Source: a virus
Length of the DNA: 64,000 bases
Reading direction: 5' to 3' (one strand)
IMG/VR virus record: IMGVR_UViG_3300045988_010345
Shown here: positions 52,195-61,239 of the stretch, piece after piece
Position numbering within the stretch: the first letter of the stretch is position 1
How the letters are laid out: the number at the start of each line of letters is the position of its first letter
Notes under the pieces: model-generated
What the model was told of the DNA's origin: nothing
Database searches by the model: none
What the model saw: the letters and a program-made list of their open reading frames with translations, nothing else
Translations under genes and position numbers: made by a program

Positions 52195-53196
52195 ATGAAA
52201 CAAAGAGCTGCCTTTATAAAGATAGGAGTAAAAAATGGGTTATATGATTTAAATCATATAAAAAGTATCTATAATAAATATGCTGAAGGTGGACCTTTGG
52301 ATGATGATGAGATACTACTACCAGCAGTTAATTTAGGTGAGGTTAAAATACCTATTGTAGAAGGTACTGATGAAGTAGATACTCCAATAGTAATGCCAAA
52401 ACCTAAAGATACTTATAGCCCTGTGCCTCTTTCTAAGAAAACTCAAATGGAGGTATTTGGATTAAATAAGCCATATAATTCTTTACATAGAGATGAAGCA
52501 CAGAGAGTTGGAGATTTTTATAGAGATGATTATAGATATAGACTACAAAAAGAAGGTATTTCAAATCTTCCAACACAAAATGAAATTAATGAAGCTTTTA
52601 ATAATGTAGCTATAAATGTTGGAAGTTCTAAAGATTTTAGAGACCCAAGAGTTGGAGGTACTTATAATTCATTTGAAAATTCTATTATAATGAATGATTA
52701 TATAGAAAATAATAATATGAACAGAGAAGCCAACTTAGCACATGAATTAAGTCATGCTTTAGACTCAACTTTTGGATTATCTTTTAATAATGAATCTAAA
52801 GAAAAATTAAGAAAGGCTTATGGAACTCTTAATATCTCTGGAGATAAAAGAGCTAATCTTAATAAGGAGCGTAGAGCTGTAAATACTTCTCTAAGGGAGA
52901 CTATATCAAGAAGTACTAATAAAACAAAAGAAGCATTAGATGATTATATAAACTCTATGAACTTGGAGGATATGCAAAATCATATAAACTCCCTAAAATC
53001 TAATTATATTAGAGGCTCTAATATAAATGAGCAAAACTTAGATAGTATAAAAGAAGCACTAAAAACAGTTGCATACTCACCAGTAAATAGAAACTCTTAT
53101 TTTACCAACTATGCTAAGTTTGGAGGTCTATTAAAGAGTGAAGAGCCTTTTGAGACTTATTACAATTCTGCAAGTATGGGACTTGGATTCCATTAA
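52195..53196 (+). CDS. virion-module protein with HExxH zincin motif (about 333 aa)
   Basis: Start moved to the ATG just after the upstream stop (MKQRAAFIK). Contains ANLAHELSHALDS (HExxH). Carries two [FY]A-x-GG motifs (KYAEGGPL, YAKFGGLL). Confidence 0.55.
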   Translation: MKQRAAFIKIGVKNGLYDLNHIKSIYNKYAEGGPLDDDEILLPAVNLGEVKIPIVEGTDEVDTPIVMPKPKDTYSPVPLSKKTQMEVFGLNKPYNSLHRDEAQRVGDFYRDDYRYRLQKEGISNLPTQNEINEAFNNVAINVGSSKDFRDPRVGGTYNSFENSIIMNDYIENNNMNREANLAHELSHALDSTFGLSFNNESKEKLRKAYGTLNISGDKRANLNKERRAVNTSLRETISRSTNKTKEALDDYINSMNLEDMQNHINSLKSNYIRGSNINEQNLDSIKEALKTVAYSPVNRNSYFTNYAKFGGLLKSEEPFETYYNSASMGLGFH

Positions 53197-53228
53197 ATTT
53201 GGATACGATACTTTAAAGAAAATAAATA

Positions 53229-53933
53229 ATGGTAAAAGAATATAGCTATATAAATATAAGAGAAGTTCTAAGTAGAATACTGAGACATCCTCTTCTTCAA
53301 GATATTACTTTGGAACAAGCTGTACAATATACTATTGATTTTATTGGTATATTTGGTATGCCTAAGTTATACCAAGATAAGGAAGAAGTATTACATATAG
53401 AAGATTATAGATGTCTATTACCTTGTGATTTAATATCTATCAATCAGATTAAGGAATGTAAGACTGGTGTATGCCTTAGGAGCATGACAGATAATTTCAT
53501 GCCAAGAGAGCATGATAGGAGTGTTGACCACAAGATACCACAAGAGTTATCTTTCAAAACACAAGGACAAGCACTATATGTATCCTTCAAGACAGGGGAT
53601 GTATCAGTGTCCTATGAGGCAATTCCAGTAGATAAGGATGGATTCCCACTACTTATTGATAATCCTGTATTCCTGAAAGCACTTGAGGCATATATAAAGA
53701 GAGAGGCATTTACCATTCTATTTGATATGGGTAAGATTGCCCCTGCTGTATTACAGAATACTCAGCAACAGTATGCTTGGCTGGCTGGTCAATTACAGAG
53801 TGAATTTACTATCCCTTCCATATCAGAAATGGAAAGTATTAAAAGAAGTTGGTGTACATTATTGCAAAGAACTAGTGAGTTTAATAGTGGTTTTAAAAAT
53901 AATGGAAGCCAAGAATATATAAGACTACAATAA
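53229..53933 (+). CDS. hypothetical structural protein (234 aa)
   Basis: ORF track. Confidence 0.6.
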   Translation: MVKEYSYINIREVLSRILRHPLLQDITLEQAVQYTIDFIGIFGMPKLYQDKEEVLHIEDYRCLLPCDLISINQIKECKTGVCLRSMTDNFMPREHDRSVDHKIPQELSFKTQGQALYVSFKTGDVSVSYEAIPVDKDGFPLLIDNPVFLKALEAYIKREAFTILFDMGKIAPAVLQNTQQQYAWLAGQLQSEFTIPSISEMESIKRSWCTLLQRTSEFNSGFKNNGSQEYIRLQ

Positions 53934-53934
53934 T

Positions 53935-56900
53935 ATGCAAAAAGGTATAAGTTTCAAAACAAAAGGAATGCAAAGAGATTTAGCAGCCTCTGCCTTTAAT
54001 TCTGAGTTTGCTTATGAAAACAAGAATATTAGAATTATAACAAATGAAGATAATACATTATATAGTCTAGTTAATGAGAAGGGAACAAAACTAGTCAATA
54101 TTAATGGAATAGACTCTATAAATGGTGTAGTAATAGGAGAAGCAACAATAGATGATGAGCTTATTCTATTTACAACAGATATTATATCACTTATAAATGA
54201 TAAAAGAGATAGGATATATAAGATAAAGCTAAATGGGGATAATCTAGATGGACAAGTCCTATTTGAAGGGAATTTGAATTTTAACCCAACATATCCTATT
54301 GAAACTTTGATATTCTATGAAAATGAATATATTAAGAAAGTGTACTGGACTGATGGTTTAAATCAGCCCAGAGTAATTAATATAGCTGCTACACCTGATG
54401 TAATAAGTAAATGGAATAATGACTCATTTAATTTTGTAAGGACTCTTAATCTTAATGAGAAAGTGACTATTGAAAGAAATATTGTAGCCAGTGGTAGTTT
54501 TGCTCCTGGAGTAATACAATATGCCTTCACATACTTTAATAAGTATGGTCAAGAAAGTAACATATTCTATACTTCTCCACTTTACTACATCTCATATAAT
54601 AACAGAGGTGCAAGTCCTGAGGATAGAGTAAGTAACAGTTTCAATATAGAGATGACTAATGTAGATAGTAGATTTGACTACATCAGAATATACTCAATAC
54701 ATAGAACAAGCATAAATGCAACTCCAGATGTTAAGAGAGTTGTAGATTTAGCTCCTCTCACAAGGTCATATTATGAGCTTAGTGGATATGAAATTAATCT
54801 CCCAGCTAATAAGATGACTATGTATAGGAGAGATAATGGTGCTGGAAAGACACTTGACCAATATAAGCCTTCTTACTCAGGGGCAAACCATAAGTCTTGG
54901 GAATTTAGTACTGATGAATATGATAGTATAGACTTTGGAGATGGTGACTATCTGACTTGGGATGGAGGCACAATATTCATTATTACTATTACCGATGGTA
55001 ATAAGGCAAGTATGCAATTGGCTAATAATGGTATTATGGCTGGTGAGGTTAGTATAGCTAAAGCTACTTACACTGATAGTGGAACATCTGGAGATTCTAT
55101 AGACCCTACAGAATTATTATATATTGGTGGTGAGGAAGTGGTATTTGGTACTATGGCTCAAAAGGATAACACTTTGTTTCTTGGTGACATACAAATGAAG
55201 AGAAAGATTCTTGATTCAACTATTAAGAACTACTTCAAGGGTAAAAAAATTATCTTCTCTACTTATAATAAGAGTATAGACTCTCCAGAACCTAAAGGAT
55301 ATTATTCATATTCTAATCAGCTCAAGATGAACTCTTATCAGTTCAAGACCTTTAAGTACCTTGAATACTATAGATTTGGTATTCAAGCACAACATTATAC
55401 AGGTAAGTGGTCAGAGCCAATATGGATTAATGATGTAAGGAATAATGTACCCATAGATACTACTTTTTACAGTTCTAATAACATTGGTTTGCCTGTAGCA
55501 GAGTTCACACTGATTGATAGTACTATTATTAACAGATTCCTTGACAATGGATATGTTAGAATAAGACCTGTAGTAGTGTATCCTACTATTAATGATAGAG
55601 AGGTTATATGTCAAGGCATCTTATGTCCTACTGTATATAATGTGTCTGATAGGTATGGTAACTCACCATTTGCACAATCATCTTGGTTTACAAGACCTAA
55701 TGCACCATTTGATGTACATAAGGCATTTCACTATAGCCAAGATAGTAGTGGCAAATGGACTTCAGATTGGAAGGAGTTTGGTGGTAATAAATCTTCTATA
55801 TATTCAAGGGCAGGAGTTATGACAAATAATAGGACTAATGTACATAATGGTTCTACAATAACCCTTATCGCGGATATAGTTAATAAAGGGGCTTGGGCTG
55901 AGTTCAGACATAATTATCCTATTCCAAGTAATGATAAAAGGAATGCTGAAATACAATGTATTTGGAATCCACCTTCAAATCCTTATGTGAATAACTCAAT
56001 GGATGATACAGATGTATCAAGCTGGGTATCTCAGTATGCAGAAAATTATTATATAGACCAGAGCATTGTTACATTACACTCACCTGATATTGAATTTGAT
56101 AATGAAGTAAGGAGCATAGACACATCAGAATTAAAATTAAGGATAGTGGGAATAGTCCCTATCACTGCCTTTGTAGCAGACATAGATATTCAAACTTCAA
56201 CTCCTGTAAATAACTTCAAGGGTAGTTCTGAACTTCCCCTTGGATTCTATAAAGAGCCTGTTGGTGCTGAGAATGAATTCTACTCTACTAAGAGTAAAGG
56301 TGACTCACACTTTGGTTGGAGAGGATTAATCTCTGGAGCATTCTGGTTTGATGAATTAGCTGCATACAAGAAAGGTCGAGATAATCCTAATCATCTTACT
56401 ACAGGATTTGCTGTATATCCTTGGCATAGGAGTGGTTCTCTTAACAATACTAAGTTTGCTACTGATGGGTATAGGTCTGCCATGCTTGATAAGAAGAAAA
56501 TCTCTAATATGAGATTCTCTTACAAGACTCAATACATAAGCCTAAGGAAGGTATGGAATGCTTATATAAAGGACAATTATATAAGAACTGGTATATCAGG
56601 TGTTGCAATATTTGATTCTAATGAAGTTTCACTTGTTAGATTACCTGCGCAAGAAAACTCTGGGTTGTCGGATATAAACTACTATGGTAATGTAGACAAG
56701 CTGCTTACAGTATCAAGAATAGGAGATAAAAAGGATGGCTATCCTATTATGACCTCTGGAGTGCAGAATGCTGATACAGATGCACATAAGTTGTTTAGTG
56801 GAAATTTCGTACAGATAGATAGTAGATTTACTGACCAGATTACAGGCATTGACCCTGTTAGAATTAAGTACAAGTCTACTCCCCATGCTGTATTAGCTCT

Positions 56901-58590
56901 GAATTATACTACATCAGGTGCTCAAAGGATATTGCCAACAATACAGGACTATGATGAAGGCTACCCTACTACAACTGATATTTGGAATGTCAATTATGCA
57001 GGAGGTAATATCACCTCTGGACAGCATCCATTTTGGGATAAAAACAAGAATATTAGTGCAATTTCTCAAGATGTTATTGATAGTATTACTGGAGATGCTC
57101 CAAGGATGGGAGGCATACAATATGGCTGGCTGTGGTTAGGAGAATTGTATAATGACAATGTACAGAATAGGTTTGGAGGGCAGACAGAAGAAGCCTTTGA
57201 GAATAATGTATGGCTACCTTGTGGAGACCCTATTTCTCTTGTAGGTACTAACAATAAAGTCAAGGAAAGTGTTATTATCAAGTGGGAAGAAGGTGACACC
57301 TATTTCCAAAGATATGACCACATCAAGACCTATCCATTCACTCTTGAAGACCAAAATGCAGTGACTGATATTGTATCATTCATGTGTGAAACAAGAGTAA
57401 ACCTTGATGGTAGGTATGATAGGAATAGGGGTCAGACAAGTAACTTTGCTATTACTCCTGAGAACTTTAACTTGATGAATGATGTATATTCTCAACAGAA
57501 TAACTTTTTCAACTACAGAACTATTAATCCAAACAAACTGAACTTGGATAACTTCCATAATTCAATCACTTGGACTAAGACTAAGACTGTTGGAGAGTTA
57601 GTGGACACTTGGACTAATATAACCCTTGCATCTACTCTTGACCTTGATGGGGATAAAGGAAAAATAAGAGCTTTGAAAAGGCTCAATAACAGTATTATTG
57701 CCATGCAGGATACAGGCATTAGTCAAATACTTTATAATGAGAATACTCAAATAAGTACTACAGAAGGAGTACCTGTTGAGATAGCAAACTCTGGTAAAGT
57801 ACAAGGCAAGAGGTATATATCTGATAAGATAGGATGCACAAACAAATGGTCTATATGTGAAACTCCTAATGGTATTTATTTTGTAGATGATATAACAAAA
57901 GGTATATATTTATTTAATGGACAACTAAATAATATATCAGACAAATTAGGTTTTCATTCTTGGATTAAGGCAACTTCCAAAGATATAAATATTTGGAATC
58001 CTATAAATTTTAATAGTTTTGTAACTTATTATGATAAAACAAATAGTGAGGTATTATTTATATCAAAAGATTCTTGCTTAGGATACTCAGAGCTATTAAA
58101 TCAGTTTACCTCATTTTATAATTATGAAAATACTCCTTATTTCTCCAATCTTCTTGATAAGGGAATATGGATAAAAGATAACAAACTTTGGTTACATAAT
58201 GAAGGAGATTACAATATGTTCTTTGGAGTATATCAACCATTCTATACTACTGTAATAGCCAATCCAGATATGCCCGTAGATAAGATATTCAATAATCTTG
58301 AGTTCAGGTCAGATAGCTGGGATGAGAATGGTAATCTGCTCAATACAACATTTGATACTCTAACTGTATGGAATGAATATCAACAAGGTACTTCTACTCT
58401 AAACAACATCTTAGGAAGACCTTCTGACCTAAAGAAAAAGTTTAGAATCTGGAGAGCTAATATACCAAGAGATAAGGTAAATGGTAGAGACAGAATGAGA
58501 AATCCTTGGTTATACATCAAGCTATCTATGGAGGAAGAGAATGTAAATAAGACTGTATTGCATGATATGATTGTGCATTACTTTGAGTAA
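53935..58590 (+). CDS. large tail structural protein (1551 aa; tail hub/muzzle-type by size and position)
   Basis: Single uninterrupted 4.6-kb ORF. N/T/Y/S-rich, beta-looking composition. Followed by a terminator. Confidence 0.6.
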   Translation: MQKGISFKTKGMQRDLAASAFNSEFAYENKNIRIITNEDNTLYSLVNEKGTKLVNINGIDSINGVVIGEATIDDELILFTTDIISLINDKRDRIYKIKLNGDNLDGQVLFEGNLNFNPTYPIETLIFYENEYIKKVYWTDGLNQPRVINIAATPDVISKWNNDSFNFVRTLNLNEKVTIERNIVASGSFAPGVIQYAFTYFNKYGQESNIFYTSPLYYISYNNRGASPEDRVSNSFNIEMTNVDSRFDYIRIYSIHRTSINATPDVKRVVDLAPLTRSYYELSGYEINLPANKMTMYRRDNGAGKTLDQYKPSYSGANHKSWEFSTDEYDSIDFGDGDYLTWDGGTIFIITITDGNKASMQLANNGIMAGEVSIAKATYTDSGTSGDSIDPTELLYIGGEEVVFGTMAQKDNTLFLGDIQMKRKILDSTIKNYFKGKKIIFSTYNKSIDSPEPKGYYSYSNQLKMNSYQFKTFKYLEYYRFGIQAQHYTGKWSEPIWINDVRNNVPIDTTFYSSNNIGLPVAEFTLIDSTIINRFLDNGYVRIRPVVVYPTINDREVICQGILCPTVYNVSDRYGNSPFAQSSWFTRPNAPFDVHKAFHYSQDSSGKWTSDWKEFGGNKSSIYSRAGVMTNNRTNVHNGSTITLIADIVNKGAWAEFRHNYPIPSNDKRNAEIQCIWNPPSNPYVNNSMDDTDVSSWVSQYAENYYIDQSIVTLHSPDIEFDNEVRSIDTSELKLRIVGIVPITAFVADIDIQTSTPVNNFKGSSELPLGFYKEPVGAENEFYSTKSKGDSHFGWRGLISGAFWFDELAAYKKGRDNPNHLTTGFAVYPWHRSGSLNNTKFATDGYRSAMLDKKKISNMRFSYKTQYISLRKVWNAYIKDNYIRTGISGVAIFDSNEVSLVRLPAQENSGLSDINYYGNVDKLLTVSRIGDKKDGYPIMTSGVQNADTDAHKLFSGNFVQIDSRFTDQITGIDPVRIKYKSTPHAVLALNYTTSGAQRILPTIQDYDEGYPTTTDIWNVNYAGGNITSGQHPFWDKNKNISAISQDVIDSITGDAPRMGGIQYGWLWLGELYNDNVQNRFGGQTEEAFENNVWLPCGDPISLVGTNNKVKESVIIKWEEGDTYFQRYDHIKTYPFTLEDQNAVTDIVSFMCETRVNLDGRYDRNRGQTSNFAITPENFNLMNDVYSQQNNFFNYRTINPNKLNLDNFHNSITWTKTKTVGELVDTWTNITLASTLDLDGDKGKIRALKRLNNSIIAMQDTGISQILYNENTQISTTEGVPVEIANSGKVQGKRYISDKIGCTNKWSICETPNGIYFVDDITKGIYLFNGQLNNISDKLGFHSWIKATSKDINIWNPINFNSFVTYYDKTNSEVLFISKDSCLGYSELLNQFTSFYNYENTPYFSNLLDKGIWIKDNKLWLHNEGDYNMFFGVYQPFYTTVIANPDMPVDKIFNNLEFRSDSWDENGNLLNTTFDTLTVWNEYQQGTSTLNNILGRPSDLKKKFRIWRANIPRDKVNGRDRMRNPWLYIKLSMEEENVNKTVLHDMIVHYFE

Positions 58591-58596
58591 TAATAG

Positions 58597-58636
58597 GGGA
58601 AGGTAAGTTTATTACTTATCTTCCCTTTACTTTTTG
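58597..58636 (+). terminator. intrinsic terminator
   Basis: GGGAAGGTAAG-tttatta-CTTATCTTCCC (one mismatch) followed by TTTACTTTTT. Confidence 0.6.
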
Positions 58637-58645
58637 GATAATATC

Positions 58646-58677
58646 CTTGTATAATTCAAATACTTTGTTTATCTTTG
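58646..58677 (+). promoter_or_regulatory. Bacteroides-type promoter (-33 CTTG 58646, -7 TATCTTTG 58670-58677)
   Basis: Consensus match, 24-nt spacing. The -7 box sits between the 7-bp inverted repeat TTTGTTT/AAACAAA (58664-58670 and 58679-58685). Confidence 0.55.
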
Positions 58678-58695
58678 CAAACAAATTAGTATGAT

Positions 58696-61239
58696 ATGGC
58701 TAAAAGAAAAGTTATAAGAAAGTCTAACAGACCATTTACATATAACCCTCATTACTATAGTTGGGGTGGTGATTTCAAAAATGCTTTAGGCGGAGTTAAG
58801 CCTTTTGACTTGAAAGGCACTTTCAGTGGTGGCAATGTTGCTAGTATGCTGAAAGGAGGCATGGCAGGCATAGGCAGTACAGTGGGTAACATTGCAGGTG
58901 GTGCTATTAGTGGAGGACTTGAAACATATGCAGGCAGTGCAATCAGTAATATTGGTGGTGCTGTAGGTGGTGCAATAAGTGCAGTTAATCCTATAATTGG
59001 AGGCATCGTATCTGCTGGTACTGGTATTATTGGGGGTCTTGCAAATAGAATGTTTGGCTCCAAGTTAAATAAGGAGAAGATTGCTGAGGTTGAAGGAAGC
59101 AACAAAGCTATAAATACTGTTATGGTGGATAGTAGCAATGCTGATTCAGTTATGAGCCAATGGGCTAATCAAGATTTTGGAGCAAACTTCTCTAAATCAG
59201 ATATTGGTAAAGATGGTTGGTTTAGCAATAAGGCTAAACACAAATATAAGGAGTTAAGGAAGCAACAAGATGTAGCAAGAAGCAGAGCATTGGCTTCTTA
59301 TGGGAATGCAGCAGAAGCAGCAGATACTCAGGCTGACCTTAATGCTATGGCAAATTTTGCTGCCTTTGGTGGTCCTCTTGGTATATGGGGAGGATATGGA
59401 AATGGAGCAATAGGATATGAGTTATCCAAAGAAGATTTAGATATTAAGGCTCTCAATGCTGCAAATAAAGGAAGGCTAACTTCACTTCCTAACTCATTTG
59501 AGTCTCAAAAGTTAAACACATTTGCTGAGGGTGGTAATATACATATTAAGCCCTCAAAGAGGGGAACTTTCACAGCAGCAGCTAAAAAGCATGGAAAGTC
59601 TGTGCAATCATTTGCTTCCCAAGTATTAGCTAATAAAGAAAATTATTCTCCTACTATGGTAAAGAAGGCTAATTTTGCAAGGAATGCTTCTAAGTGGCAT
59701 AGCTTTGGTGGAGACCTTAATACTAATGGTTCTGACTTTAGTAATGGTCAAACCATTGTAGGTAATGGTGGAACTCATGAGGAGAATCCAATGGAGGGTG
59801 TACCTATGGGAATGGATGCTGAAGGAAACCCAAATCTTGTAGAACAAGGTGAGGTTATATTCAATGACTATGTATTCAGTAATAGGTTGTTTGCTGATGG
59901 TGGTCTATTAGAAAGTTTTAATCTCCCTAAGTCTTATGATGGACATTCTTTTGCTGCAATAGCAGAGAAGTTAGGTGATGAATCAAAGGAAAGACCTAAT
60001 GACCCAATAAGCAAGAGAGGACTTCTAAGTTCTATGTCCAGACTACAGCAAGCCCAAGAGACTGTAAGACAACAGACTCAAGAGAGTCAAGAAGGAGTAC
60101 AGTATGCTCATGGTGGTAGGATGGGCACATTATTTGATGGACTTGGTGATGACCCTAATATTTTATTCCCTACTGGTGCAGAAGATTGGGCAAAGTTATT
60201 GGAAATTAAAACTCCTAAATATGGAGTAGATTGGGACCTTACAGGAAAAGTAAGTACTATTGTAGGGGAGTCCCCTAAAGGAATGACTACATTTAATACT
60301 GTGCCTACTTCTTATTGGGAAGCCTTAGGTAAAGGTAATAAAAAGGCAAATACTTATGTAAGTAATAAAAGTAACAGTAACAGTAAAAGTAAAAGTAATA
60401 AAAGTGACAGTAATAAAAGTGGTGATGATAATAGGGGTAGTAGTGGACCAACTTGGCTAAGATATGCTCCTGTAGTAGGTGCTGCAATAGGATTAGGTCA
60501 GAACTTATTTAGTAAACCAGATTATACAAGTGCAGATGCAATACTTGAAGCAGCTAATCAAGCAGGCAATTATACCCCAATAGGATATACTCCAATAGGT
60601 AACTACTTACAATACAGACCTTTTGATAGGAATTTCTATCTAAATAAGCTCAATGCACAGGCAGGTGCTACAAGAAGGGCTATTATGAATACTACAAGCC
60701 CTTCAAGAAATGCAGCCTTGCTTGCAGCAGACTATAATGCTCAAGGTAGATTTGGAGACCTTGCAAGACAAGCTGAAGAGTATAACTTGGCACAGAGACA
60801 GGCTGTTGAGACCTTTAATAGAGGTACTAATCAAGCTAATGCTGAGATGGGACTCAAAGCTGCAATGGCAAATCAAGAGGCTGCATTGAAGGCAAGAAGT
60901 TCAAGACTAAGTGGTGTTGCACAGGCTATGGCAGTAAGGGATGCTGTTGATGCAAGAAGAGGTGCAAGTATGAGTGCTAACCTTACTAATTTGTTTGATA
61001 GTCTTGGTAATATAGGTATTGATGCTTACAATAGAGAGGATAGAGATAAACTAATAAGAGCAGGAGTATTTGGCACTTTAAGTGAGAAGCCTCAAGAATG
61101 GAGTGATAAAACTTGGAAAGAATATAAAGATTATATAAATAAGAGTTTAGAGAATAAAACTCCTAAAGTTAAAGGTAAGCAACATAGTAAAGGTGGATAC
61201 TTAACTATTAAGAAAGGAAAGCAACATGGCAAATTTTAG
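58696..61239 (+). CDS. glycine-zipper virion/ejection-type protein (847 aa)
   Basis: The N-terminal 120 aa are GxxxG-rich (GGMAGIGSTVGNIAGGAISGGL...IIGGIVSAGTGIIGGL). Six [FYH][AS]xGG motifs. S/N/K low-complexity tract. A/Q-rich helical C-terminus. Confidence 0.6.
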   Translation: MAKRKVIRKSNRPFTYNPHYYSWGGDFKNALGGVKPFDLKGTFSGGNVASMLKGGMAGIGSTVGNIAGGAISGGLETYAGSAISNIGGAVGGAISAVNPIIGGIVSAGTGIIGGLANRMFGSKLNKEKIAEVEGSNKAINTVMVDSSNADSVMSQWANQDFGANFSKSDIGKDGWFSNKAKHKYKELRKQQDVARSRALASYGNAAEAADTQADLNAMANFAAFGGPLGIWGGYGNGAIGYELSKEDLDIKALNAANKGRLTSLPNSFESQKLNTFAEGGNIHIKPSKRGTFTAAAKKHGKSVQSFASQVLANKENYSPTMVKKANFARNASKWHSFGGDLNTNGSDFSNGQTIVGNGGTHEENPMEGVPMGMDAEGNPNLVEQGEVIFNDYVFSNRLFADGGLLESFNLPKSYDGHSFAAIAEKLGDESKERPNDPISKRGLLSSMSRLQQAQETVRQQTQESQEGVQYAHGGRMGTLFDGLGDDPNILFPTGAEDWAKLLEIKTPKYGVDWDLTGKVSTIVGESPKGMTTFNTVPTSYWEALGKGNKKANTYVSNKSNSNSKSKSNKSDSNKSGDDNRGSSGPTWLRYAPVVGAAIGLGQNLFSKPDYTSADAILEAANQAGNYTPIGYTPIGNYLQYRPFDRNFYLNKLNAQAGATRRAIMNTTSPSRNAALLAADYNAQGRFGDLARQAEEYNLAQRQAVETFNRGTNQANAEMGLKAAMANQEAALKARSSRLSGVAQAMAVRDAVDARRGASMSANLTNLFDSLGNIGIDAYNREDRDKLIRAGVFGTLSEKPQEWSDKTWKEYKDYINKSLENKTPKVKGKQHSKGGYLTIKKGKQHGKF

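Noticed and set aside
53722-53922. A 66-aa ORF nested in another frame of 53229-53933.
   Set aside because: It lies on the same strand, fully inside a longer ORF with better composition. There is no independent support for it.
22981-58685. Recurring ...tttacctttgca... strings, which could be mistaken for dispersed repeats or CRISPR-like repeats.
   Set aside because: They are single copies upstream of operons and match the Bacteroides -7 promoter consensus. There are no regularly spaced repeat-spacer units anywhere in the window.
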